Origin: Candidatus Latescibacterota bacterium
Lineage (GTDB): Bacteria; Latescibacterota; UBA2968; GCA-2709665
Direction of reading: 5' to 3'
Assembly (NCBI GenBank): GCA_965237675.1
Contig: OZ250150.1
Span: 1,856,001 to 1,920,000 of the forward strand
Length of the DNA: 64,000 nt
In this document: one piece after another, positions 38,968-50,043 of the stretch
How positions within the stretch are numbered: position 1 is the stretch's first letter
How the letters are laid out: each line of letters starts with the position of its first letter
The notes under the pieces: generated by a model
Told to the model about the DNA's origin: nothing
The model's database searches: none
The model's input: only the letters and a program-made list of their open reading frames with translations
Program-made: the position numbers and the translations under genes

Positions 38968-39762
38968 TCAGAATTCCGCCGTCTCATCCGGCTCCAGCAC
39001 GATCGCCTCGACGTCCGGCGCGTGGACCTTCAACGCCTCGAGAAAATTGTCCGGCGTCTGGTCCATCACCTCGAAAACGCCGTAGTGGGCCGGAATCACA
39101 TACTTCGGGTCGATCATCTTCACCGCGTAGCCGGCGCTGTCCCCTCCAACCGTGAACCCACCCCCGCAGATATTCAGGATCGCCAGGTCGGGCTTGTAGT
39201 AGTCGCCGATCACGAGCTTCAGGTCCGAGCACAGCCCCGTGTCCGACGAGATGTAGACCTTGAACCCGTTCTCGAACTCCACCACGAAGCCGATCGGATC
39301 CCCGATGTCCCGGCCCTTCAACCTGCCGTTATCGAGCAGTTCGATCTCCGAGGAGGTATGCTCGCAGTGCACGCCCGACACTGCGATCCCGTCGATCGGG
39401 GGCAACGTGCCGCGGTTCATCCCGAATCCTCCGTTGCAGAAATTCTGGAGGTCCGTGTGCTCCCGGATGTAGACCGCGGTCTCCACGGGAGTGAGGATGA
39501 TCGGATCAAACCGTTCCGCGATCGCGACCAGGTCATTCAGGTTCAAATGGTCGAAATGCGCGTGCGTCTGCAGGACGATATCCACGTTGCCGAACGCACC
39601 CACGTCCTCCCTGTACTTCTCGGGAACCGCCGGATTCCCATCCGGGAAGAAGTCGTTTCCCGAGAGCCAGGGGTCCACCAGAAGCACCTTCCCGTTCGGC
39701 GACGTCAGCTTCAGTGTCGCGAACCCGATCATCTGCACCTGCACCTTACCGTTGCCAGCCAT
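38968..39762 (-). CDS. Metallo-beta-lactamase fold metal-dependent hydrolase
   Basis: LLVDPWL, THAHFDH, SDTG, VIPAHYGVF. ATG 39762 after AGGAG. Confidence 0.9.
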   Translation of the reverse strand: MAGNGKVQVQMIGFATLKLTSPNGKVLLVDPWLSGNDFFPDGNPAVPEKYREDVGAFGNVDIVLQTHAHFDHLNLNDLVAIAERFDPIILTPVETAVYIREHTDLQNFCNGGFGMNRGTLPPIDGIAVSGVHCEHTSSEIELLDNGRLKGRDIGDPIGFVVEFENGFKVYISSDTGLCSDLKLVIGDYYKPDLAILNICGGGFTVGGDSAGYAVKMIDPKYVIPAHYGVFEVMDQTPDNFLEALKVHAPDVEAIVLEPDETAEF

Positions 39763-39924
39763 TTTTGTGTCTCCTTTCATATCGAAGCGCCAGGTCCGCG
39801 TGTCCGTCGGAGATGAGTCTGAAAACGTCCGTATCCTCACTGTTCAGGACGCGACCGACGCGTCAGGCGGCGCTTCACCCCGTGGCTGCGAGCCTTTCTG
39901 ATTCCGCTTCCCGCTTCACTTTCT

Positions 39925-41046
39925 TTACCGGAACCAGTCATAGTGCAGCCCGAGAGACCGGTCTTCGAGAGGCAGTTCGACGCGCTCTCCTCCACGCGCC
40001 GAAGACTGCTTCAACGCGACCTCGACCTCCAGGGCGACGGCGATCCGACGCCCCGAGTTTTTCGGCTCGTCGAGACGGCCTTCCATGCAGTCGATCACGT
40101 CGTTCAGCGAGTAGACCGCGCCGTACGGAAACACGATCTGGGGTTCCGGCCACGGCATCTCGACGCGATCGTTACCGGTCGTCTCAAGCTGCTGTCTAAG
40201 GTGCCATCGACGGTCTGCCCCGAACTCGATCTCTCCCGTGCTCCCTTCCAGGCGGACCCCCGGAGCGCCCGTGCGAAAATGCACTACCGTCTGATCCGCC
40301 GTGACCATGATTCCCTGGCCGGTGAATTCGTCGCTTCCTCCGGGACCGCCGAACTCGTCGGTGCCCTCTCCCCGACGGGGGAGGTCTCCGATTCCCGAGA
40401 CCCAGGCCGGCGCGCTGTCCAGGAAATACGACCAGTTCTGATGTTGAGCGAATGGTCCGGGCGCCTCGATCGACTGGATCTCCCCGATGGCCCCGCTCTG
40501 AACCCGTTCTCTGGCTTTAGCGAAAGAGGGGTGGGTCGTCGTGATCGCGCCACAGCTGAGGGGGACGCCCGCATCTGCGCACGTGGCTACCATGCGGTCC
40601 GCTTCCTCGAGCGTGTGACACATCGGCTTGTCCGTAACGATGCCCTGTGCACCGCACGCCACGGCCAGGCACGTCAGATCGGCGCGTCCCTTCGTATTCG
40701 TGGCGACGGCCACGATGTCCGGACGCTCGGCGCGCAGCATCTCTTCGGCATCCGTGTAGGTCGCCTCGATCCCGTAGCGCTCGCTGAACGCCGCGAGCCG
40801 TTTCGGGTCCCGGTCGGCTGCCGCCGCCAGTTCCACCTCGGGCCGGTCGTGCAGCGCCTCCGCATAGGAGGTTGGATTTCCCTCGGTGCCCGGATGTTCG
40901 TGGTGGTAGAATCGGCGATGGACGTCCAGTCGGGGCGTCGGACGGTCCACGTCTTCGATGTCGAACCGGTTCGGGATGCGGGTCGCCAGATCGTAGAGCA
41001 TGCCCATCCAACCCAGACCGATCACTCCCGCTCTATATTTCGCCAT
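39925..41046 (-). CDS. Gfo/Idh/MocA family oxidoreductase
   Basis: AGVIGLGWMG, PDIVAVAT, DKPM variant of the EKP motif. Confidence 0.88.
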   Translation of the reverse strand: MAKYRAGVIGLGWMGMLYDLATRIPNRFDIEDVDRPTPRLDVHRRFYHHEHPGTEGNPTSYAEALHDRPEVELAAAADRDPKRLAAFSERYGIEATYTDAEEMLRAERPDIVAVATNTKGRADLTCLAVACGAQGIVTDKPMCHTLEEADRMVATCADAGVPLSCGAITTTHPSFAKARERVQSGAIGEIQSIEAPGPFAQHQNWSYFLDSAPAWVSGIGDLPRRGEGTDEFGGPGGSDEFTGQGIMVTADQTVVHFRTGAPGVRLEGSTGEIEFGADRRWHLRQQLETTGNDRVEMPWPEPQIVFPYGAVYSLNDVIDCMEGRLDEPKNSGRRIAVALEVEVALKQSSARGGERVELPLEDRSLGLHYDWFR

Positions 41047-41356
41047 AGTTTCTCCTATCGTTATGCTTCAAAAACAAGCTATCAGCGGTCAGCAAAAACA
41101 GCAAGAGGCAAGACGCGAGACAAAGCGAAAACCAAAGGCGGGGGCGGCGGGGCCCTCTTACCTCTTACGTCTACCCTCTCACCGATCAAAGCGAATCCGG
41201 TTATCCACGTCAAAACATGCTGGTGTTCCTGCCGTGCATCCTGTATGGTATACATTTCTGCTATGCACATCACAGGCCTTTTCCCGGGCCCTTTCGAAGA
41301 CGGTCCGAATCCGCGGGTTCCGGAAGGCGTCAATCCTCACGCCAGGAGTTACAATC

Positions 41357-42133
41357 ATGCGAAACAGCAAATTGCTCGCGAAGCTGCGCGATGGCAAGCC
41401 GCCTCGGATCTGCGGACTCGGCCACTTTATTCCGGCGTACATCCGCATGGCCGCCAACGCCGGTTTCGACTGTATCTGGCTGGATGGGGAACATCGCTGT
41501 TTCTCCGACCGGGAAATCCAGTCGATGCTCGCCACCTTCCACCTGTTCGACATCGACTGCATGTTCCGCCCGCCGACCACGGAGAGGACCAGGCTGTATC
41601 GATATCTGGAGGATGGCGCGACCGGCCTGATGATACCCCACGTCTCGACGCCGGAGAAGGCGCGGATGCTGGTCGACGCCGTCAAGTTTCCGCCCGTTGG
41701 CGACCGCGGTATGGACGGGGCCGGGCTCGACGCCGACTTTTTTATGTCCGGCGGGGCATCCTACGTCGAGGATGCCAACCGCGAGGCATTCCTCGTCGTA
41801 CAAATCGAGACGCCGCAGGCCCTGGAAAACCTCGACGCGATCGCATCCGTCGAGGGTGTCGACGGGCTGTTCGTCGGCCCGGGCGACCTCGCTTTAAGGA
41901 TCGAACGACTGAACGCGGGTTTCACGCTTGACGAAGCCATTCGGAAGGTCGCGAACGTCGCGGGCGAACGGGGCGTGGCGTGGGGCTGTCCGGCGGCTTC
42001 CGCGGACCACGTTCAGGAACTCCACGACATGGGTGCGAGGCTGATCGCCTACGGCAGCGAGTTCTTCGCGCTCATGCAGATGCTCGAAGCGTCTTCGCGC
42101 GACCTCGACCGGGTCTATGGCGACGGAAACTGA
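41357..42133 (+). CDS. HpcH/HpaI aldolase family protein
   Basis: GFDCIWLDGEH, GLMIPHV, KFPPVGDRG, VQIET, DGLFVGPGDL. ATG 41357 after AGGAG. Confidence 0.92.
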   Translation: MRNSKLLAKLRDGKPPRICGLGHFIPAYIRMAANAGFDCIWLDGEHRCFSDREIQSMLATFHLFDIDCMFRPPTTERTRLYRYLEDGATGLMIPHVSTPEKARMLVDAVKFPPVGDRGMDGAGLDADFFMSGGASYVEDANREAFLVVQIETPQALENLDAIASVEGVDGLFVGPGDLALRIERLNAGFTLDEAIRKVANVAGERGVAWGCPAASADHVQELHDMGARLIAYGSEFFALMQMLEASSRDLDRVYGDGN

Positions 42134-42275
42134 CGTTTGCGGCCTTTCAGTCCGATTTCCCTTCGGGACCAGGCAGCAGTCATCGATCGGCTTTCAGCCG
42201 ACAAGTGAAGATCGCAGACTCTCTTGAATCCCTTCTGCTCGATTGCCGCGGAGTTTCATCGAGCAGCCAGGGCGT

Positions 42276-43289
42276 TCAGGTCCCATTGAACCGGGCCAGC
42301 AACTCGGCCGCCCTTTCCCGCATGGCCGGGTCATTGTGCCGCGCGATGATGCGCTGGAGCGCGGAGACGGCCTTCTCGTCTCCCTGCTCGGCCATGTCGA
42401 AGGCCATGCGGTCTCGCCTGTCGTGGTAACTGTTGTCGTACTCCGCGATCTCCAGTTCGTAGTTCTCCCAGTAGTACTTCAGCGATTCGTTTTTCCAGCC
42501 TCGATAGATGTTCTCCCAGGTGTTCGGCTGGCTGTGGGGAAGAATGCTCCCCGGCGCGATGGGATCACTGACTTTTTGATATCGCCCGTCGATGGACATG
42601 CGGAGACGGTCGGACCGGTTCGGAAGGCCCTTGTGGACGAGCATACTGTGGAAAAAGAGGATGTCGCCCTGCTCGAACGGACCGCTGACCCAGGCTCCTT
42701 CGAGCGGATCGGTGATCTCGATTCCGCCCGCTCCCAGAGACGGCTTGAAGTCGTACACGCCCTGGCGGTGAGAACCGGCGGCGACCTGCAGGCCGCCCAT
42801 CTCGGACGGCAGATCGCTGAGCGGCATCCACGCGGTGTACGTTTCGGGTGTCCCCTGGATGGGAATGAAATCCTGGTGGGCCGGGGTCGTATACGCCTCG
42901 CGTTGAGGAAAGATGGTCCTCGCGATAATGCGCGCATGAGGCAGAATCGGTTCGCCGGCCATTCGCTCGAGAAGGGTAACGATGTTCGGGTGATGCTGGA
43001 GCGCGTGAAACGCCTCTAACCCATACATGGCGGCATAGACATCCATGTAGGCCGGCTCGGGCTCGACGCAGAAGCCGTCGAGGTCCGCGATCCCGTCCTC
43101 CAGCGGCGTGTCCTTCCGTACCCATCCGGCTTCCCGGGCGACCTCGAGGAACGCCTTTCGTAGTTCTTCCAGGATCTCCTTGGATAACAGGCTTCGGACG
43201 AAGAGGTATCCGTCCTGATGCATGCGCTCTTTCAGTCGAGGTCCGTTTCCCGCTATGTCGGTCGAATCTTCGAATGGCTTCAAAATCAA
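42276..43289 (-). CDS. Phytanoyl-CoA dioxygenase family (Fe/2OG) protein
   Basis: DGYLFVR, AHQD, AWMPL..MGGLQVAAGSH, FHSMLVH, RMSIDGRY. Confidence 0.9.
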   Translation of the reverse strand: MILKPFEDSTDIAGNGPRLKERMHQDGYLFVRSLLSKEILEELRKAFLEVAREAGWVRKDTPLEDGIADLDGFCVEPEPAYMDVYAAMYGLEAFHALQHHPNIVTLLERMAGEPILPHARIIARTIFPQREAYTTPAHQDFIPIQGTPETYTAWMPLSDLPSEMGGLQVAAGSHRQGVYDFKPSLGAGGIEITDPLEGAWVSGPFEQGDILFFHSMLVHKGLPNRSDRLRMSIDGRYQKVSDPIAPGSILPHSQPNTWENIYRGWKNESLKYYWENYELEIAEYDNSYHDRRDRMAFDMAEQGDEKAVSALQRIIARHNDPAMRERAAELLARFNGT

Positions 43290-43405
43290 CCCTCCCGATT
43301 AATGTCCTGTCCCAGGAAATTATCTCCATTTTTCCCTGTCTGCGTGCGTGAGGCAACACACAAAGGCAGGCGCCGGTTCATCCCGTCTCGCTGCGTTGCC
43401 ATCGT

Positions 43406-44833
43406 TCATCCCCCGGTTGTCCGGATGCCGGTCCCTTCCCTCTCCAGTTCGTCGTACCACCGAAGAAGCGTCGCCGGCTCGAGCAGTTTGGCCCGATTGT
43501 CCCGCTCTTCGTGGGACATACCCTTGAGGTCCTCTACGTGGGAAACCTGTACACGACACATCCCGTCGAAGAAACGCCGATCGAAGTTCAGCTCGCGCCA
43601 TGCAAGGTACAGTGCATACGGAAACGGCTCTGAGGAGACCCGACCCACCGGGCGGCTGTGTTCGTCAATTGTGAATTCCGGGTTGTACTCCCATCCGCCG
43701 TAGACCGCGCCGGAGTCGGACTGCTTATAGATGACGTTGTTCGTCGCCAGGATCAATCGCCGGCGGAGCGCGGGTGCGAACGGATGATCCCGCGGCAGCG
43801 CTTTGTGCAGCGATGCCAGGCCTTTAAGGATGATGAGCTGATACCCAACGTAAGAGTTGTGACCCGGATATCCGCCGTGGGGACACTGCGCAACAAAGAT
43901 CGCTTCCTCGGTCCGCCGCACGGCGGATTCGAGGTAGGCCTCCTCACCTGTGATCTCGAAGAGCGGACCCAGGAACCAGAGCGCGAATGCGTCGTAGTTG
44001 TTGTTGCCGGTGGCGGGGCAACGGACCGTCCAATCCGCAACCCGTCGAACCGCGCTCAGGCAACGTTCGTCCCCCAGCATTCGGTAGCCCTCGACAAGCG
44101 CCAAGGCAGCCCATCCCGAGCTGTAGAAACAGTCGCGGTCGTTCAGGACTCCCTCCCGGGTGTACCACCACCGGTAGGCGCCGTTCGGCTCCTGTTCGTC
44201 GAGCAGGTAGTGCAATCCGCCAACGGCCCGTTCTCGGTACGTCTCCTCGCCGAACAACCGATACCCGATGAGGTAGCCCAGGATGATGTTCGCCACGGAC
44301 CGGTAGAGGGGATGGAAACTGAGCTCCTGCGAATTGTAGCCCTTGCCCCACGACCCGTCTGGGTTCCGGTCCTGTTCGCATATCTCGTGGCAGACCTGGA
44401 AGTAGTCCACCAGCTGTTTCCTGCGGACGGGCTCGAAGTCGTAGAGACAGGAGATCGTCCTGTCCCTGGGCAGAGCCGGAAAGCGACCTGGAGACGTGAC
44501 CTCCACCGCCAAGACTTCGAAGTCGTCCGATACAACGCTACGGATGTTTTCCGTGCCACCGAAGAGTGTCGCCGTTACCGAGTACCTTCCGGCCGGCGCA
44601 TCATCCGGGATCTCCCACACGAATTCGAAATCCGCGGGGCCGGCCTCAATCGAAACGTCGTCCCTGCTTTCCAGGAAGTGCCTTGCCCCGACGGCGTCGT
44701 TCACTTCCAACCGGGCCGACCCGCGCTGCGGCTGCCACCCTGAGGCGTGTACCCGGAGGGTCGCTCGTTGGCCCGCGAGAAGTCCGATGCTCTTGTCTAC
44801 GATCTCCAGGAACAGAGGCTTTCCAGAACGCAT
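43406..44833 (-). CDS. Hypothetical protein with (alpha/alpha) toroid and prenyltransferase-like repeats
   Basis: 475 aa; recurring Q-x-x-x-G-x-(W/Y) motifs (RNPDGSW, EQEPNGAY, AQCPHGGY) after an Ig-like N-terminus. Confidence 0.6.
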   Translation of the reverse strand: MRSGKPLFLEIVDKSIGLLAGQRATLRVHASGWQPQRGSARLEVNDAVGARHFLESRDDVSIEAGPADFEFVWEIPDDAPAGRYSVTATLFGGTENIRSVVSDDFEVLAVEVTSPGRFPALPRDRTISCLYDFEPVRRKQLVDYFQVCHEICEQDRNPDGSWGKGYNSQELSFHPLYRSVANIILGYLIGYRLFGEETYRERAVGGLHYLLDEQEPNGAYRWWYTREGVLNDRDCFYSSGWAALALVEGYRMLGDERCLSAVRRVADWTVRCPATGNNNYDAFALWFLGPLFEITGEEAYLESAVRRTEEAIFVAQCPHGGYPGHNSYVGYQLIILKGLASLHKALPRDHPFAPALRRRLILATNNVIYKQSDSGAVYGGWEYNPEFTIDEHSRPVGRVSSEPFPYALYLAWRELNFDRRFFDGMCRVQVSHVEDLKGMSHEERDNRAKLLEPATLLRWYDELEREGTGIRTTGG

Positions 44834-44911
44834 AGAGGTTCCTCCTTACGAAATGGCGACCCAACGCCGAATGCAATCATGAGAACGCCCGCACGCTCAC
44901 CCGGGATCGGA

Positions 44912-45772
44912 TCAGCCATTGAGATTGCGGAAAAAGAAGCGCTGCGCCGTACCCCAGAGAATGGCGCCTTTCTCGGCGGGGCTGAGAAAATTCGCGTGGT
45001 CGCGGATCAGATCCACGGCAGCCGGATTGTCGGTCATCGGGTCCTCCATCTCGATTGGCCCGCCGCTGTCGGATTCCCACATGCAGCGATGGGCGCCGTA
45101 CGCTTCGACCACCCGCTGGATCAGCGGCAGGACATCGAGGTAGGGGGCGCGGCGCGAGCACAGCGCCTGGAGCGGACCGATTTTGAGCATCACGTTCTCG
45201 TGCCGGGCAAACCGGAGCAGCGCTTCCAGGTCTTCTTCGCAGTAGTCGGTTTCCCGGATACCGACGTGGCACACGTGGTCGAGAATGACCGGCGTTTCCG
45301 GGAAGCGCGTGCATAGCCGGTCCAGGTCGGGCAGCAGATCGACCTGCATGTTGAAGCTCAGGGCGAGTTCGTGTTCCGCTCCGGCGGCGAACATCTTCTC
45401 GAATGCCGGGTGATCCAATTCGGAGGACGGTTCGCGAAAGGCGAAACAGCCTTGCCGGGAGAGTTCGAGCATGGTCCTGTCCGGCTCGGGATCGTCCAGA
45501 TTGATCATGCCCGTGCCTGCAAACGTTTCGGGGTCGCCGGCGATGAGGTCGAGGATGTAGCTGTGATCGTACCAGTACCAGATCATCTGGACCAGGTTGA
45601 TGCGCACGTTGCCGACCGTCCGGCTGTAGCTGAAGTACTCTTCCGGAGTGAACGTGGGATGCCAGAGGTCTTCTGCTCTGACCCTGGGCGCCAGGGGGTA
45701 GCGCGCGAAATCGTCGGTCCAGACGTGGATGTGGGCGTCGACGATCCGGTGCGAGGATGCCTGCTCTACCAT
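44912..45772 (-). CDS. Amidohydrolase family protein (Amidohydro_2)
   Basis: IVDAHIHVW, VILDH, RCMWESD. Confidence 0.88.
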   Translation of the reverse strand: MVEQASSHRIVDAHIHVWTDDFARYPLAPRVRAEDLWHPTFTPEEYFSYSRTVGNVRINLVQMIWYWYDHSYILDLIAGDPETFAGTGMINLDDPEPDRTMLELSRQGCFAFREPSSELDHPAFEKMFAAGAEHELALSFNMQVDLLPDLDRLCTRFPETPVILDHVCHVGIRETDYCEEDLEALLRFARHENVMLKIGPLQALCSRRAPYLDVLPLIQRVVEAYGAHRCMWESDSGGPIEMEDPMTDNPAAVDLIRDHANFLSPAEKGAILWGTAQRFFFRNLNG

Positions 45773-45920
45773 GTTACTCTCCGCTTCAGAGCGGTTGTGG
45801 AGGCGGGCTTTCGGATGGTTTTCCCGGGGGCTGCCTTTCCGCCTGTTTTGCGTCTTCCGGCGGGATTGGCTATATTAATTCGAGCCTGTAGATCCTCAAT
45901 CCTGTCGCCCGGAATCCGAT

Positions 45921-46679
45921 ATGGCCAAAGAAAAATACGACGGCGTCTGGCAACCCCATATGCTCAAACAGTATTCGATGAATCCCAACGTGATGGTAAG
46001 CGATCTGGACCGGGAACGACTGGAGCTTATTCTTGCGTACGTGGCGGAAACCGGCCACAGCGAAGCCCTTTCCGACTGTGTCGCGCAGATCGTGGAACGT
46101 CACCCGAGATATCTGCGTGTGAAAGAACTGTTTGAAACCTTCGAAGCATACAAACGCATCGGCCAGGCCATCTACGAACAGTGGCGCGCGGGCAACGTCG
46201 AGACGATTTTCGACCTCGCCTGCGGCCACGGTCTGCTGGGCATTCTGCTGGCCTGGCGGTTTCGCGGACTCCAGGTGGTCTGCGTGGACCTGGAACGCCG
46301 TCCGGCCTTCGGTCACTACCTGGAAATCGTGCGCGAACAGGCCGTGCCTATGGAGAACATCGCGTACATTGAGAGCGACTTCAAGAATGTGGAACTGAGC
46401 CCGCATTCCTACGTCATCTGCATTCACGCATGCAACGAAGGCACCCGGGATGCCCTGGAGATGGCTGGCGCGGCGAACGCGTGTTTCGCCGCCATGCCCT
46501 GCTGCATCCGCGACCGTCTCTACCTGCGCCGCATCAACCATCTTGACGACTACGCGCGATACACGGCTGCGGTGGGTGTCATTGCCGGCCGGTACGGGGC
46601 CTACAAGATCACGGCGATCGACCAGCGTATCACCAACCGCAATCTCATTGTCCTTGGCGCGCCCGTGACAGCATCCTGA
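45921..46679 (+). CDS. SAM-dependent methyltransferase
   Basis: FDLACGHGLLG, IHACNE.T, AAMPCC. Confidence 0.82.
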   Translation: MAKEKYDGVWQPHMLKQYSMNPNVMVSDLDRERLELILAYVAETGHSEALSDCVAQIVERHPRYLRVKELFETFEAYKRIGQAIYEQWRAGNVETIFDLACGHGLLGILLAWRFRGLQVVCVDLERRPAFGHYLEIVREQAVPMENIAYIESDFKNVELSPHSYVICIHACNEGTRDALEMAGAANACFAAMPCCIRDRLYLRRINHLDDYARYTAAVGVIAGRYGAYKITAIDQRITNRNLIVLGAPVTAS

Positions 46680-46745
46680 TTCCCCAACCTGGAAGTCGCC
46701 CCACGGGCCCGCGGCGGCGTATCGATTTTACGCGAACGCGATCCG

Positions 46746-47750
46746 TTACCAACGATAGTCGGACTCCCCGGCTTCAAAGGCCGCCGCCGACGCCATCATC
46801 GTCTTCAGGTCTCCCTTTGGCCGGTATCCGATCAGCGTCTTTGCTTTCGTGATGTCGTGATCGTACATCCAGCGCACCGGTACCGTCACCGCCAGCGGTT
46901 TCCGTCCCACGATCTCACCGAGGATCCGGGCGCCCTCCGGGAACGTAAAGGGGGCGGGGGCTCCGCCGTTGAACGATTCTCCAACGGCATTCGGAGACCG
47001 CAGAGCGCACACCATGCAATGCGCGATATCCCGCGCGTCGTTGGGCTGGTAGTACCACGGGCGCCCGGATTCGTCCCGGACGGCACAGGGCTGGTCAGGA
47101 CTGTCCGCGCGCGCCTCGATGTCGTGCCATAGTTCGGTTCCGTCGGCCATATACAGTTCCGTACCGGGCCCGACCTGTCCCGCCTTCAATATCGTGCATA
47201 CCCGTCCAACCGTAAATTGATCGAAAATCGTCCGGCCCGAAAGCACGTGGCTGGGCCGGACGATGGAAATTCGAAGCCCGGTCTCGCGGGAGACGCGCTC
47301 GGCCATCAGTTCCCCGATATACTTGGAAAGGGAATACTCGTTATCGGGCCGCTTGGGATGCAATTCGTCAACGGGATGGTATGCGCAGGCGATGTTCTCT
47401 CCGTTGTTCGGGAAAACGCCCGACGAACTCACGTAGACGTACCGCTCCAGACTGTCCGCGAACAGTCCGCACGCACGCGACACCTCCAGGTTCGTCTGCG
47501 TGTTGTTTTCGAAATAGGGCCCTACCAGGTTGGCCGTGTGGATGACGGCATCCGTCCCCGATACCGCGCGCTTCACAAAATCCCCGTCCGTCAAGTCCCC
47601 GTCCACAAGTTCCATGTCCAGGCCTTCCAGCCGGCTCAGGCATGGATCGTCCGGCAATACGGAGCCCCTAACTTCAAGGTTCAGATCCAGAAGTTGCCGG
47701 ACCAGCCGGCACCCGACCTGCCCGGCCGCGCCAGTAACCAGAACTTTCAT
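46746..47750 (-). CDS. NAD-dependent epimerase/dehydratase
   Basis: VLVTGAAGQVG, YVSS, YSLSK. Confidence 0.9.
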   Translation of the reverse strand: MKVLVTGAAGQVGCRLVRQLLDLNLEVRGSVLPDDPCLSRLEGLDMELVDGDLTDGDFVKRAVSGTDAVIHTANLVGPYFENNTQTNLEVSRACGLFADSLERYVYVSSSGVFPNNGENIACAYHPVDELHPKRPDNEYSLSKYIGELMAERVSRETGLRISIVRPSHVLSGRTIFDQFTVGRVCTILKAGQVGPGTELYMADGTELWHDIEARADSPDQPCAVRDESGRPWYYQPNDARDIAHCMVCALRSPNAVGESFNGGAPAPFTFPEGARILGEIVGRKPLAVTVPVRWMYDHDITKAKTLIGYRPKGDLKTMMASAAAFEAGESDYRW

Positions 47751-48140
47751 GGAAAATCTCCTGATCGTGCAAAGACGTTTACTCGTTTATCCGGACGGTG
47801 GCCGAGCTCAATATATCCACCGCGGCTCGGCATTGCAACACCGACACCGACCCTCAGGAATTCTACTACGACCTATATAACAAGGTCTATAGAGACATCA
47901 CCAACAAAAAGGAGCGCGCCGCTCGGCGCGCGGCCGGGCGACGCTTCGTTGAGCTCACGGGTGATTGATACCTTCCATTCCATCGGGGGCCTTACGTTCT
48001 ATATGGAAACCGACCGGACAATTTACTAAATTACCTGCACGTCACACACCCGTTCTACGCTGGTTCAGGCCGGGTGCGCGACGCCAATATACCCCCCGTC
48101 GTTCGGCATCGCAACCTCATCCCCTCCCGGAGCACAGCCC

Positions 48141-49208
48141 ATGACGACCGCACACCGTTTTCGCCCCGCACACGCGCACGCCATCTCCCGCAGCCTGCTC
48201 ATGGCTTCCGGTGCTCCGCGCCACGTTGCGGATACCGTTTCCGAAATCCTGGTCAATTCCAACCTTTCAGGGCACGACTCCCACGGTGTCCTCCGCATCC
48301 CGACCTATCTGGACGGGATCGCGAGCGGCGCGATTGTTCCAGCCGCCGAACCCGAGGTCGTCCGGCAGCACACGAATACACTCACTATCGACGGCCACCA
48401 GGGGATGGGCATCTACACCGCCCGAAAAGCCATTGACCTGGCTATAGAAAACGCCGCCAATTCAGGGGTCTGCTGCATCAGTTTCAGACGCGTCGGCCAC
48501 TTCGGCCGGCTCGGCGAGTACGCGGAGATCGCCGCACGCGCCGGATGTATCGGCATCATCACCATCGGCGTGGGGACCGTGGACGCCGTCGCGCCCTACG
48601 GCGCCGCCAGCGGTCCTCTGGGCACCAACCCCATCGCCGTGGGCGTACCCACCGGCGACGCCGCCCCGTTTATTCTGGATATCGCCACAAGCATCGTGGC
48701 GGAAGGCAAACTGCAGGTTGCGCGTGCCGAAAATGCCGACCTGCCGGAAGGATATATCCTGGACCGGGAGGGCAACCCCAGCACCAACCCGCTGGACTTC
48801 TACGACGGCGGATATCTGCTGCCTTTCGGCGCGCACAAGGGCTCCGGTCTCGCGCTGCTGACCTGCCTCTTGAGCGGTCTGTCGGGCGTTCCTGAAGTGG
48901 AACAGGGGACCCTCGCCGGCGCGTTCATGCAGGTCATTCGCGTCAGCGCTTTCACCGCTCTGGCGTCCTACCAGCGCGGGATGCGCACCTTCCTGGACAA
49001 CATCAAATCCATCCCCCCGGCCCCGGGTTTCGACGAAGTCCTCGTGCCCGGTGACTTCGAACACCGCAGCCGCGTGAGACGCCTCGCCGAAGGATTCGAT
49101 ATTCCGGACACCATCCTGGATGGGATACGCGAATGGGCAACCAGGCTGAACGTGTCCCTGTCGGAAGACGCCGTCGAACCGGCCGACGAGGAATGGTATC
49201 GCGTGTAG
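48141..49208 (+). CDS. Ldh family oxidoreductase
   Basis: GHDSHGV, GHFGRLGEY, GTNPIA, LDIATS, HKGSGL, VLVPGD. Confidence 0.92.
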   Translation: MTTAHRFRPAHAHAISRSLLMASGAPRHVADTVSEILVNSNLSGHDSHGVLRIPTYLDGIASGAIVPAAEPEVVRQHTNTLTIDGHQGMGIYTARKAIDLAIENAANSGVCCISFRRVGHFGRLGEYAEIAARAGCIGIITIGVGTVDAVAPYGAASGPLGTNPIAVGVPTGDAAPFILDIATSIVAEGKLQVARAENADLPEGYILDREGNPSTNPLDFYDGGYLLPFGAHKGSGLALLTCLLSGLSGVPEVEQGTLAGAFMQVIRVSAFTALASYQRGMRTFLDNIKSIPPAPGFDEVLVPGDFEHRSRVRRLAEGFDIPDTILDGIREWATRLNVSLSEDAVEPADEEWYRV

Positions 49209-49300
49209 GGTCGAGCGCAGGGGTCGCCCCCTGCGCTCGCGCCCACACAAAACGGGGGCGATAAACTCGCCCCCGTCTTATGTGTTCTTCTGCGGCGTTC

Positions 49301-49894
49301 CTAAACGTGCGGGCCGCGTTCCCTGATAATCCGCAACGCCAGATCCGGATCGATCTGCACAATCATCTCCGGTTCAATCTTGCAATGGCCCGGCAGGTCG
49401 AATCCAGCGACCGCACTCCGGGCGTGCCATCCCGATAGCGACGCGTCCATCCCGCTTTCCGCAAACTGCGATCCCGGCCCTCCGAACACGTCGTGAAAAA
49501 CCGTGCTATACCCGTCCACGACCTGGGGCGACTTGGAGAATGATCCGCCGCCTGCGGAATTCACCATCCCGATGCATTTCACGCAATACCAGACGTCGTT
49601 GAGCGTTCCGAACGGGTCCAGCGCCCAATGCAGCGTCACGACGTGGGAGATGCCCGCCTCCCTCCCCGCCTCGTAACCGGCTTCCACGTCCGCGTCGTCG
49701 TTGGTGACCGCCCCGACGCCGCCGCCCGTGCCCGATGTAAACACCAGCCCGGACGGTGTAAACGTGGCCATGCAAATCCGCCTTCCCTGAGGCGCCGGAC
49801 ACGCGTCCTCCCTGGAACCCAGATCGATCCCCAGCGTCTCCAACCGGTCGTACACGTCGAAATCCCGTTGCCATGAATTGTGCAGTTCCGCCAT
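49301..49894 (-). CDS. Divergent RidA/YjgF-like protein
   Basis: LVFTSG, VKCIGMVNS, VVDGYS, HARSAV (conserved Arg), IEPEMIV. ATG 49894 after GAGGAG. Confidence 0.7.
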   Translation of the reverse strand: MAELHNSWQRDFDVYDRLETLGIDLGSREDACPAPQGRRICMATFTPSGLVFTSGTGGGVGAVTNDDADVEAGYEAGREAGISHVVTLHWALDPFGTLNDVWYCVKCIGMVNSAGGGSFSKSPQVVDGYSTVFHDVFGGPGSQFAESGMDASLSGWHARSAVAGFDLPGHCKIEPEMIVQIDPDLALRIIRERGPHV

Positions 49895-50043
49895 TTGGTC
49901 TCCTCTGTCTGGGTTAGCGTTTCTCAAGAATGTCCATTCAAAATAAAGCCTTCACCCACAATGTCAAGCCCCGATGACGACACGGCCTCACGGAACCCTC
50001 GAAGAAGGAAAGTCGCCGAATCCGGCTTGTCTCCGGGATCGCC

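Noticed and set aside
39943-41931. 662-aa plus-strand ORF and many similar long overlapping ORFs
   Set aside because: Antisense or off-frame shadows of well-supported genes, expected in GC-rich DNA.
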